Below are positions 28,877 to 37,365 of a stretch of DNA of 64,000 bases, one piece after another. The position numbers and the translations under genes were made by a program. Origin of the DNA: an uncultured Chitinophagaceae bacterium (GTDB lineage: Bacteria; Bacteroidota; Bacteroidia; Chitinophagales; Chitinophagaceae); assembly GCA_937919945.1 (NCBI GenBank), contig CALESY010000119.1, forward strand, positions 25,768 to 89,767, read 5' to 3'. A model generated the notes under the pieces. It searched no databases and was not told the DNA's origin. It saw only the letters and a list, made by a program, of their open reading frames with translations. Position 1 is the stretch's first letter, and every line of letters starts with the position of its first letter.

Positions 28877-29414
28877 GTATGTTCTTTTGCGCTTCCATTA
28901 TCTTAGGTATCAAGCTGGCTTCTTCCAGGTAAAATAATTCCGTTAACGCTGTGTCAATCAGCATCATTTCGTTGCGCAATGTCTTGTACTGTGAAGGATA
29001 ATCGACATCGGTATACAATGGCAACGCCACCGTATGCAGCCTGAACAGGATTTCTTTTATTTTATGATGAGATTCCTTCAAACCTATTAATTGGCTGCTG
29101 TGTTTTACATGGCACCCACCCTCGCAAGTACTGCAATCATGTCCGCTTGTTTCTTTTGAATGTAGCTCTTGTGCATATGGCAATAACATTCCGATACGCT
29201 GCATTACTAGTTCGTTTACTTGCGATAACAGTTTTTTGCTAAGGCTCAGATATAACAACGTGGACTGCTGTGGCTCCATACCCTCCAGCTCGTCTATCAG
29301 CAATTCTGCCGTTTGACACAAAGTGCTGAGTACACTGTAATAATCCTTATCTAATTTATTGACAAGATTGTGGAGGTCGTTGTGCCTGTATTGTGAGAAA
29401 AGAATCTTAGCCAT
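28863..29414 (-). CDS. Degenerate RIC/hemerythrin-like four-helix protein with a CxxCxxxCH insert
   Basis: YKTL...LFYLEEASLIPK resembles RIC YK..HIHLENNILFP; overlaps the ccoI start by 14 bp. Confidence 0.65.
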   Translation of the reverse strand: MAKILFSQYRHNDLHNLVNKLDKDYYSVLSTLCQTAELLIDELEGMEPQQSTLLYLSLSKKLLSQVNELVMQRIGMLLPYAQELHSKETSGHDCSTCEGGCHVKHSSQLIGLKESHHKIKEILFRLHTVALPLYTDVDYPSQYKTLRNEMMLIDTALTELFYLEEASLIPKIMEAQKNIHAYN

Positions 29415-29471
29415 AATTCACCTTTCTACGAAGGTAAATTGACATAGAGGCGGATAATATGATACTGGCTA

Positions 29472-29503
29472 TGCTAAAACATGATTTTTGTCATGTTTTA
29501 GCA
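29472..29503. promoter_or_regulatory. FNR-like palindrome with perfect 13-bp arms upstream of the pseudo-RIC/ccoI unit
   Basis: TGCTAAAACATGA-TTTTTG-TCATGTTTTAGCA; -7-like TACCTTCG at 29429-29436. Could also act as a terminator for the upstream regulator gene. Confidence 0.7.
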
Positions 29504-29517
29504 AGTACGTTTCGGAC

Positions 29518-30237
29518 TTAGTATAAAACATTCGCTGTTTTTATCAGCTTGTTCATATCCAGTATCTTAATTTTTTTGCCGATGAACTCAACGATTTTAT
29601 CGTTCTTGAATTCTGACAACAAACGGATGGCCGTTTCGGTAGCAGTACCCACCAGATTGGCAATATCTTCCCTACTCAATACTACGTTGATAGTTGCGCC
29701 ATCTTCTTCAAAGCCATAGGTTTCTTTTAAAAACAATAATGCTTCGGCAGTGCGTTCACGTACTGGTTTTTGGGCAAGATCTGTAATGGTATTAACAGCC
29801 CTGCGCAACTCAGTAGCTAATAGTTTGATGATTTCTAAAGATAGCCCGTGGCTGGTTTTCAGTACCTGAAAAAATGTATCTCTCGGCACATAGCATACTT
29901 TTGTATCATCCAGTGCAATGGCTGTTGCATTATATTTTTCGGAACTAAGCAATGCCCTATAACCCAACACATCCCCTTCTTTGGCAAGGTGTACTATCTG
30001 GTCTTTACCATCTTGCCCGCTGTGAGATATTTTTACTTTGCCCTCGTTTACGCAATATATACCAAGTGGGTGCCCGCCTTCATTGAATATGATTTGTCCT
30101 TTTTTGAAAGACATGCACGACTTACTTTCGTTAAACAGGGCAAGTTCATCCATTGCCAAATGGCAAAATATAGACTTGTGTCGTGAACCACAGGTTTCGC
30201 AAGCCTCACTGAATCCGCCTTTTTGCTTATCTGCCAA
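29518..30237 (-). CDS. Crp/Fnr family regulator with an N-terminal Cys cluster (FNR-like)
   Basis: CETC...FC, cNMP-binding fold, HTH SREDIANLVGTATETAIRLLS; TTG start; -7 box TAGCTTTG at 30257-30264. Confidence 0.9.
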   Translation of the reverse strand: MADKQKGGFSEACETCGSRHKSIFCHLAMDELALFNESKSCMSFKKGQIIFNEGGHPLGIYCVNEGKVKISHSGQDGKDQIVHLAKEGDVLGYRALLSSEKYNATAIALDDTKVCYVPRDTFFQVLKTSHGLSLEIIKLLATELRRAVNTITDLAQKPVRERTAEALLFLKETYGFEEDGATINVVLSREDIANLVGTATETAIRLLSEFKNDKIVEFIGKKIKILDMNKLIKTANVLY

Positions 30238-30300
30238 GACTATAGTTTTAGTACTACAAAGCTAAAACTTTATCACATTATGGCAAGCATTCCTATCTTA

Positions 30301-31719
30301 TTATAGCATTGTAACCGGCTGTTGGTATTGTGAAATATTAAACCTGCCGCTAGATTTTAATGCCTTAAAACCACTTTTTACATTTATTAGATTTGTAAAA
30401 CCCCTTGACATCATGATAGATATAAATATTACTGAACGATAACCTGCTGCACAGTGCACATAATAAGTGGTATCTGGGTCTATCCTACCCATCTCGGTAT
30501 TTATATTGTCTAATGGCAGATTTTCTGCGCCTATTATGTGTTCAGTGTCATATTCGCTCTTTTTACGTACATCCAATAGCATAATGGTCGGGTGTTCTTC
30601 CAGTCCGTCTGCAAGTTCATCTGCAGTAATAGATTGTATTGTGTTCAGTGTTTTTTTCGCAGCCTGCCATGCAGCTATACCATCTTGTAAATAACCAAGG
30701 CAGTTATCATAACCAACCCTTGCCAATCTGGTTACTACTTCTTGCTCTCTGCCCGCATCTGCAATGAATACGATAGGTTGTTTTATATCTGTAATTAAAG
30801 CCCCTACCCAAGGCGCGAAGCTGCCATCCAAACCAATATTAATAGACCCTGGTATAAAGCCATTTACAAAGTCTGCTTCATTACGTGTATCCAATATCAA
30901 TGCATTGGCTTCTGCTATGGCTGCCTCAAATGCAGCTACTGACAAGGGCTGTGTGCCTTGTTGTAATACATCGCTGATGTTTGCATAACCGGTTTTATTC
31001 ATCATCACGTTGAAAGGGAAGTATTGAGGGGGTGCTACCAATCCTGTAGTTACTTCTTTTACAAATTCTTCTTTGGTCATGTCTGTGCGCAATGCATAGT
31101 TGGTAGCTTTTTGATGTCCCAGTGTGTCTTGTGTGGCATTGCTCATATTTTTGCCGCATGCACTGCCTGCGCCATGTGCAGGGTACACGATTACGTCATC
31201 TGCCAATAGCATTACCTTAGTACGCAATGATGTATAGAGCAGCCCTGCCAGTTCTTCTTGTGTCATATTAGCGGCTTTCTGTGCCAGATCAGGCCTTCCC
31301 ACATCACCTAAAAACAATGTATCCCCGGAAAATAATGCAATGTCTTTACCTTTTTCATTTTTCAGCAGGTAACAACAACTCTCCATTGTATGCCCGGGTG
31401 TATGCAATACCTGAAAGGCAACATCACCTACTACAAACATTTCTCCATCCTTTGCTACATATGCATCAAACGCCGGTTGTGCTGTCGGTCCATATACAAT
31501 AGTTGCACCGGTTGCTTTTGCAAGGTCAATATGTCCCGAGACAAAGTCTGCATGAAAATGTGTTTCAAACACATACTTAATAGATACTCCATCTTTTCTT
31601 GCACGCTCTATATATGGCTGTATCTCTCTGAGCGGGTCTATTATCGCCGCTTCATTGCCCGATGTAATATAGTACGCACCTTGTGCAAGGCATCCTGTAT
31701 ATATCTGCTCAATTTTCAT
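30301..31719 (-). CDS. MBL-fold hydrolase fused to two rhodanese domains (persulfide dioxygenase/sulfurtransferase-like)
   Basis: THFHADFVSGH, HTPGHT, GDTLF.GDVGRPD, PAHGAGS; C-terminal HCAAGYRS. Confidence 0.88.
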   Translation of the reverse strand: MKIEQIYTGCLAQGAYYITSGNEAAIIDPLREIQPYIERARKDGVSIKYVFETHFHADFVSGHIDLAKATGATIVYGPTAQPAFDAYVAKDGEMFVVGDVAFQVLHTPGHTMESCCYLLKNEKGKDIALFSGDTLFLGDVGRPDLAQKAANMTQEELAGLLYTSLRTKVMLLADDVIVYPAHGAGSACGKNMSNATQDTLGHQKATNYALRTDMTKEEFVKEVTTGLVAPPQYFPFNVMMNKTGYANISDVLQQGTQPLSVAAFEAAIAEANALILDTRNEADFVNGFIPGSINIGLDGSFAPWVGALITDIKQPIVFIADAGREQEVVTRLARVGYDNCLGYLQDGIAAWQAAKKTLNTIQSITADELADGLEEHPTIMLLDVRKKSEYDTEHIIGAENLPLDNINTEMGRIDPDTTYYVHCAAGYRSVIFISIMMSRGFTNLINVKSGFKALKSSGRFNISQYQQPVTML

Positions 31720-31765
31720 AAACGTAGTTTTAGACCATACAAAAGTATTATGGCACTCTAGCTCA

Positions 31766-31786
31766 AAACATGATTTATATCAGTTT
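31766..31786. promoter_or_regulatory. Third FNR-like box (TGAT-N4-ATCA core) between the divergent MBL-rhodanese and decarboxylase genes
   Basis: AAACATGAT-TTAT-ATCAGTTT; -7 boxes at 31740-31747 (minus) and 31833-31840 (plus). Confidence 0.6.
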
Positions 31787-31864
31787 GGCGTATGATTGTT
31801 GTTAGAACGCATGGTCTTATGCTTTCATAAGCTAACTTTGCGCCGCTTAATAAAAACAGATGGT

Positions 31865-33097
31865 ATGAAAACGAAGTATTGGAAAAAACTATCTCATGCA
31901 GAACAGGATGCTCGCATCACCGAAGCACTGAATCAGAATATAGACTACAAACAAAAAATATCCTTAGGCATACCCGCATCCCGCCTCGATGCTACTGTTT
32001 TTTATGAGCAGGCTCCTTTTCTTAAAGACGCGCCACTACTACGCACGTACGTGCAAAACCCAAACCACATAGGCTGCCACACATTGGGCGACTCGGAAGA
32101 TTTCTTCAAAGGCACACAACAATTAGAGCGGGAAGTGATAGAACTACTGGCTGTTGATGTACTGAAAGCAAAAACCCATACTTGCGATGGCTACGTGGCA
32201 GCAGGCGGTACAGAAGCTAACATACAAGCCGCATGGATATACCGCAATTACTTCGAGCAAGAACACAATGCCAAGTACAATGAAATTGCCTTACTTGGCT
32301 CTGACGATACGCACTATTCTATAGCCAAAGCATCCAACCTGCTGCACCTGCAGTGGTATAGCGTACCTGTTGAAGATAATACACGTGAGATAATACCTGC
32401 CGAATTGGAAAATGTAATTGAACAGGCAAAGGCAGATGGCATCAAATATTTCATCATCATATCCAACATGGCAACCACCATGTTTGGCAGTGTTGACAAT
32501 CCCGATGTATATGTGGCTGCTATGCAAAAACACAACATCCCGTTCAGGTTACATCTCGATGGTGCATTCGGAGGTTTTATTTATCCTACCGCACACCCCG
32601 AATCACTTGTCAATTTTTCTAACCCATACGTATCATCCGTTACGCTCGATGCGCATAAAATGCTGCAAGCTCCTTATGGTACCGGCATATTCATTGCCCG
32701 CAAGGGATTAATAAACTATGTGTACACCAAAGAGGCACAGTATGTAAATGGTATGGATATAACTCTCAGCGGCAGCCGCTCGGGTGCTAATGCTGTAGCT
32801 ATATGGATGATACTAATGACATACGGGCCCCACGGCTGGTTTGAAAAAATAAATAAACTCCTGTATCGTACCGACTGGCTTTGCAAGCAGCTGGACGAAT
32901 TGGGCTTTCAATACTATCGCTACCCAAATATGAATATCGTTACCATCCGGTCACAACATATACCTTCTGTGATCGCACAAAAATTCGGTCTTGTACCCGA
33001 CACACATGGCGGTGACGCTAATTGGTATAAAATAGTTGTGATGGACCATGTAGAGGTAGAACACCTGAACGAATTTTTACAGGAACTGAGGGCATAA
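31865..33097 (+). CDS. Group II PLP-dependent decarboxylase (substrate unknown)
   Basis: GGTEAN, HLDGAFGG, LDAHK (PLP Lys), GSRSG; start moved to ATG 31865. Confidence 0.85.
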   Translation: MKTKYWKKLSHAEQDARITEALNQNIDYKQKISLGIPASRLDATVFYEQAPFLKDAPLLRTYVQNPNHIGCHTLGDSEDFFKGTQQLEREVIELLAVDVLKAKTHTCDGYVAAGGTEANIQAAWIYRNYFEQEHNAKYNEIALLGSDDTHYSIAKASNLLHLQWYSVPVEDNTREIIPAELENVIEQAKADGIKYFIIISNMATTMFGSVDNPDVYVAAMQKHNIPFRLHLDGAFGGFIYPTAHPESLVNFSNPYVSSVTLDAHKMLQAPYGTGIFIARKGLINYVYTKEAQYVNGMDITLSGSRSGANAVAIWMILMTYGPHGWFEKINKLLYRTDWLCKQLDELGFQYYRYPNMNIVTIRSQHIPSVIAQKFGLVPDTHGGDANWYKIVVMDHVEVEHLNEFLQELRA

Positions 33098-33204
33098 TCG
33101 TTATCCCTTTCAATATTCTTTATACCGCTATTGTAAACACTTAGGCGGTAGCATTGTTACAACCTGTAACTTAGCATTCTTTAGAAAAAAGCTAAAGACA
33201 GGAT

Positions 33205-34728
33205 ATGCAACCAACTATTAAGACATTAGGCGAACTGAAACAGTCGGGCTACCAACCAAAGTCAGTAAAAGAAGAAGTACGCAACAACCTCATAGTTTCT
33301 ATACAAAACAATCAAAACCCTTTCAATGGCATACTGGGTTATGAAGATACCGTAATACCCGATGTAGAAAGGGCTTTGTTATCTCGCCACAATATCCTGT
33401 TCCTTGGGCTACGTGGACAAGCGAAAACACGCATGGCACGAGAGATGGTGAACCTGCTGGATGAATGGATACCTGTAGTTGACGGTAGCGACATCAACGA
33501 TAGCCCATTTGCCCCCATATCGCTCTATGCACGCAATCTGATAGATGAAATGGGCGATGCCACACCCATAACATGGCTGCACCGTAGCGAACGCTATGGC
33601 GAAAAATTGGCAACCCCGGATGTGTCTGTTGCCGACCTGATAGGCGATGTGGACCCTATCAAAGCTGCCAATATGCGCCTTAGCTTTGCCGATGAGCGGG
33701 TGCTGCACTATGGCATCATACCACGCTCTCACAGAGGTATTTTTGTTATCAACGAATTACCGGATTTACAAGCACGCATACAGGTATCACTCTTCAACAT
33801 ACTGCAAGAGGGCGATATACAGATACGCGGCTTCAAACTACGTATGCCGTTGGATATACTATTTGTATTCACTGCCAACCCCGAAGATTATACCAACCGT
33901 GGAAGCATCGTTACACCACTGAAAGACCGTATAGAGAGCCAGATAGTAACACACTATCCTAAAACTATTCAGGTATCGCAATCCATCACAGAGCAGGAAG
34001 CTGATGTACTACCCGTGCAAATGCAGCAGGTAGAAGTACCCGATATGGCAAAGATGCTGATAGAAGAAATAGCCATGCAGGCGCGCAAAAGCGAATTTGT
34101 CGACCAGAAAAGCGGCGTATCTGCACGCCTCACCATATCTGCCTACGAAAACCTCGTCAGCACTGCAGAACTACGCACACTGAAACAACGTGGTAACCGC
34201 ACCATGGTGCGCATTTCCGATTTCATCGGTGTTATACCATCCATTACCGGTAAGATAGAATTGGTGTATGAAGGCGAACAAGAAGGTCCAACCAATGTAG
34301 CTTACCGATTGCTGGAGCAAGCCATCCGCACCATGTTCACCCAATACTTCCCCGACCCGCAAACTTTTAAAAAACAACCACGTACTAACGATAAAGTGAA
34401 ACCAAAACCCAATCCGTATCAATCTATCATAGACTGGTTTGGTAATGGTAACGATTTGGTGATGATGCAGGATGCAAACGACGAAGCCTATCGCAACAAC
34501 CTGTATCAGGTAGATGGCTTGTACGCTGCCGTAAAACAATACTACCCCAATGCAGACGAAACACAAGCAGCATTGTTGATGGAGTTTTTACTGCATGGCC
34601 TTGCTGCTTATTCACTCATCAGCAAGAAAGGCATAGATACTGGCGGCTATAGCTTTGGCGATATACTCGGCAGCATGATGAACAATATCAACTTCGGCGG
34701 TGACAGCGAAGAAGAGGAGGATTTTTAA
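33205..34728 (+). CDS. AAA+ ATPase, magnesium-chelatase-subunit-I-like
   Basis: GLRGQAKT Walker A variant, FVINELPDL, TANPEDY, LKDRI. Confidence 0.8.
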   Translation: MQPTIKTLGELKQSGYQPKSVKEEVRNNLIVSIQNNQNPFNGILGYEDTVIPDVERALLSRHNILFLGLRGQAKTRMAREMVNLLDEWIPVVDGSDINDSPFAPISLYARNLIDEMGDATPITWLHRSERYGEKLATPDVSVADLIGDVDPIKAANMRLSFADERVLHYGIIPRSHRGIFVINELPDLQARIQVSLFNILQEGDIQIRGFKLRMPLDILFVFTANPEDYTNRGSIVTPLKDRIESQIVTHYPKTIQVSQSITEQEADVLPVQMQQVEVPDMAKMLIEEIAMQARKSEFVDQKSGVSARLTISAYENLVSTAELRTLKQRGNRTMVRISDFIGVIPSITGKIELVYEGEQEGPTNVAYRLLEQAIRTMFTQYFPDPQTFKKQPRTNDKVKPKPNPYQSIIDWFGNGNDLVMMQDANDEAYRNNLYQVDGLYAAVKQYYPNADETQAALLMEFLLHGLAAYSLISKKGIDTGGYSFGDILGSMMNNINFGGDSEEEEDF

Positions 34729-34737
34729 TTTTGTTCT

Positions 34738-35130
34738 ATGCACAACTTCACCAATGATATATTTTATCGCACCGCGCGTAGTGGTGGCAAGGGCGGGCAA
34801 AATGTCAACAAAGTAGAAACGATGGCAGAGGCTTGGTTGCACGTTGGCAACTCGCGTGCTTTTACACAAGAAGAAAAAGAACTGATACAAAACAAACTCG
34901 CCAACCGCATCAATAAAGACGGCTACCTGATAGTAAAGTGCAGCGAAACACGTTCACAACTGGAAAACAAACACATAGCCACCACCAAAATGCAGGAACT
35001 GATAGCTGTCAGCCTTGTAAAACCCAAAAAACGCAAGCCCACCAAAATCAGCAAAGCCGCCAAAGAAGCCCGCTTGCAAAGCAAAAAGAAAGACGCTGAA
35101 AAGAAACAACTCCGCCGAAGGGATTGGTGA
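34738..35130 (+). CDS. arfB: Alternative ribosome rescue peptidyl-tRNA hydrolase
   Basis: RSGGKGGQNVNKV (GGQ), RSQLEN, basic C-terminal tail. Confidence 0.93.
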   Translation: MHNFTNDIFYRTARSGGKGGQNVNKVETMAEAWLHVGNSRAFTQEEKELIQNKLANRINKDGYLIVKCSETRSQLENKHIATTKMQELIAVSLVKPKKRKPTKISKAAKEARLQSKKKDAEKKQLRRRDW

Positions 35131-35181
35131 GTTTAGTTCATTAATCAACCAGCATAGAGTACTGATGTAAGAAATCCGGAC

Positions 35182-35742
35182 TTACCCTAATAAAAACTCA
35201 ATCGCTCGCGGAAAGAAAAAATGTTCCAGCTTGTGTATTTTCTGTGCTAAGCTATCGGGCGTATCACCAGACGATATAGCACACCTTGCCTGTACTATAA
35301 TATTGCCCTCGTCGTAGTGTTCATTTACATAGTGTATTGTTATGCCTGATTCTTCTTCTTTATTGGCAATAACAGCCTCATGCACATGATGTCCATACAT
35401 ACCTTTTCCACCATATTTTGGCAATAGAGCAGGGTGTACGTTGATAATTTTATCGGAGAAGGCATTCAATATCGTATCAGGTACTTTCCACAAATAGCCC
35501 GCCAGTATTATCAGTGATGGATTATACGATTGCAACTGCTCTACCAACGCAGGCTCTTTTACAGTATGTTTATCTACAACTGTATAAGGTATATTTTCTT
35601 TCCTTGCAATATCCAGCACACCTGCATCTGCTTTGTTACTTACAATCAGTACTACACGCGCCTTACCATTGCCCCTGAAGTAGTCAATAATAGCCTGTGC
35701 ATTGCTGCCTCGCCCCGATGCGAAGATGATGAGTGGTTGCAT
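35182..35742 (-). CDS. purN: Phosphoribosylglycinamide formyltransferase
   Basis: FASGRGSN, LAGYL, INVHPALLP, G.T.HYV...YDEG. Confidence 0.95.
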   Translation of the reverse strand: MQPLIIFASGRGSNAQAIIDYFRGNGKARVVLIVSNKADAGVLDIARKENIPYTVVDKHTVKEPALVEQLQSYNPSLIILAGYLWKVPDTILNAFSDKIINVHPALLPKYGGKGMYGHHVHEAVIANKEEESGITIHYVNEHYDEGNIIVQARCAISSGDTPDSLAQKIHKLEHFFFPRAIEFLLG

Positions 35743-35800
35743 ACGTATAGAATGGTGCGAAGATACAAAACACTATGCGGCATTTACGTAATTTAGCTGT

Positions 35801-36196
35801 ATGAGCAACGAAAAGCTGCGATTGGATAAATATCTGTGGGCTATCCGTGTTTTCAAAACACGTACACAGGCTACTGTTGCTTGCGACGAAGGCAAAGTAA
35901 AAATGAATGGCGCTAATGTAAAGCCCGCCAAAATAGTGTCTTTGGGAGATGTGTACGACATTAAAACACCTGCCCGCAAATGGACGATTGAAGTAACGGG
36001 ACTGCTGCACAATCGTGTGGGCTATGAAGATGCCGTAAAGCATTATGTAGATAAAACCAGCGAAGAAGATTTGCAAATGAACCGTGTAATGACCGCCAGC
36101 TTCTACACAGGAAAGCGGTTAAGCAAAACAGGCCGCCCGTCTAAGAAACAACGGCGCGACCTGAATGATTTTTTCAGCGATGATGCTGATGACTAA
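35801..36196 (+). CDS. hslR: S4-domain RNA-binding heat shock protein Hsp15
   Basis: LRLDKYLWAIRVFKTR, GRPSKKQRR. Confidence 0.9.
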   Translation: MSNEKLRLDKYLWAIRVFKTRTQATVACDEGKVKMNGANVKPAKIVSLGDVYDIKTPARKWTIEVTGLLHNRVGYEDAVKHYVDKTSEEDLQMNRVMTASFYTGKRLSKTGRPSKKQRRDLNDFFSDDADD

Positions 36197-37251
36197 TAGA
36201 GTACGTTATAGCTACCTTTGCCGTTTACACCGTCAAATACTTTCACCCAGTTTTCACCGAGATCCTGACTGCGGTACAGGCCTTGATTAGTTGCAGCGTA
36301 TATATATTCTTTCGTTTTATCGTTTTTATACAAATCGTATTTTTCGCTGAGACTGCTGACAACAGCATTTGACGGCATACCTAAGTTGGCGGTTACAAAC
36401 TTAGTACTGCCTAAAGGCAACCTGTACACACCTTTACCTTCTGTACCCACCAGTACTGTTTGTCCAAAGGAACCACTCATGCTTAAAATCTTTGTACTAT
36501 CAGGCAAGCCTGTGTATTTTGTCCAAGAACCACCTTCGTTAGTACTATAATATACACCATTAACTCCGGTAGCATCTGCAGCCAGTAATATATCGCCCAT
36601 ATGAGATAAGAAAAACTTACCTGATGATGGTAATGCTGTACCGGTTGTAGCGACCCAAGGAGCATTTATATCTGCTTGCTTAAAGGTACGTTTGTTTATG
36701 TCGTCATAAGCAATCAACAAACCGTTTGACAATATTGTGAATGAAGTAAATACTGTACCTGTAGGCAGTTCTATAGGATTGGGGCTTATCCAGTTAATAT
36801 AGTTGATACCAGGCCTGCCGTTTGAGTCATTATACAAATACCCTTTTTGCCCTACACCACCCAGATAAATTCTGTTTTTAAACTTGGGTACATTTATTAT
36901 TATGCTTTCTCCATATGGAGTAAAAAATCCTGGGCTCATTACCGTTGGGTTAGAATTTGTACCCCTGCCTAAGTCTTCTATAATGTGTACATTCTTTTTA
37001 ATAAATAATAAGTTATTACCCGATGTTACGAAAGCACTTGCCCTGTAGTTGTCAGAGCTCATCACCACTTCATAGTTCAACCCATCATTTGTTTTATAGA
37101 TAGCACCAAGTGTATCACCAACGTATAATACATAGGGTTTAGATATAACGTTGTTATTATCTATTTCATCATAAGCCGGTTTACATCCCTGTACAGAAAA
37201 TGCCAATGCCAATACAATACCAAGCTTATAGATAACTTTTCGATTATCCAT
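36193..37251 (-). CDS. Lipoprotein with Asp-box/beta-propeller repeats
   Basis: Lipobox FSVQGC; YKTNDG, YYSTNEGGSW and YRSQDLGENW repeats; start probably ATG 37251. Confidence 0.75.
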   Translation of the reverse strand: MDNRKVIYKLGIVLALAFSVQGCKPAYDEIDNNNVISKPYVLYVGDTLGAIYKTNDGLNYEVVMSSDNYRASAFVTSGNNLLFIKKNVHIIEDLGRGTNSNPTVMSPGFFTPYGESIIINVPKFKNRIYLGGVGQKGYLYNDSNGRPGINYINWISPNPIELPTGTVFTSFTILSNGLLIAYDDINKRTFKQADINAPWVATTGTALPSSGKFFLSHMGDILLAADATGVNGVYYSTNEGGSWTKYTGLPDSTKILSMSGSFGQTVLVGTEGKGVYRLPLGSTKFVTANLGMPSNAVVSSLSEKYDLYKNDKTKEYIYAATNQGLYRSQDLGENWVKVFDGVNGKGSYNVLY

Positions 37252-37365
37252 TGAGAAAATTTTCATCAAGTTTATAAAAAATAGTTAACAATTCAAAGCC
37301 TTATCTTCAAATGCAAAGACAGCCTTCTTTCATCTTTGGTTTGTACTATTAATTCATAATTAATA

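Noticed and set aside
33156-33170. GTTACA-N3-TGTAAC palindrome upstream of the AAA ATPase
   Set aside because: Single occurrence, no cognate regulator nearby, and short palindromes arise by chance in AT-rich DNA
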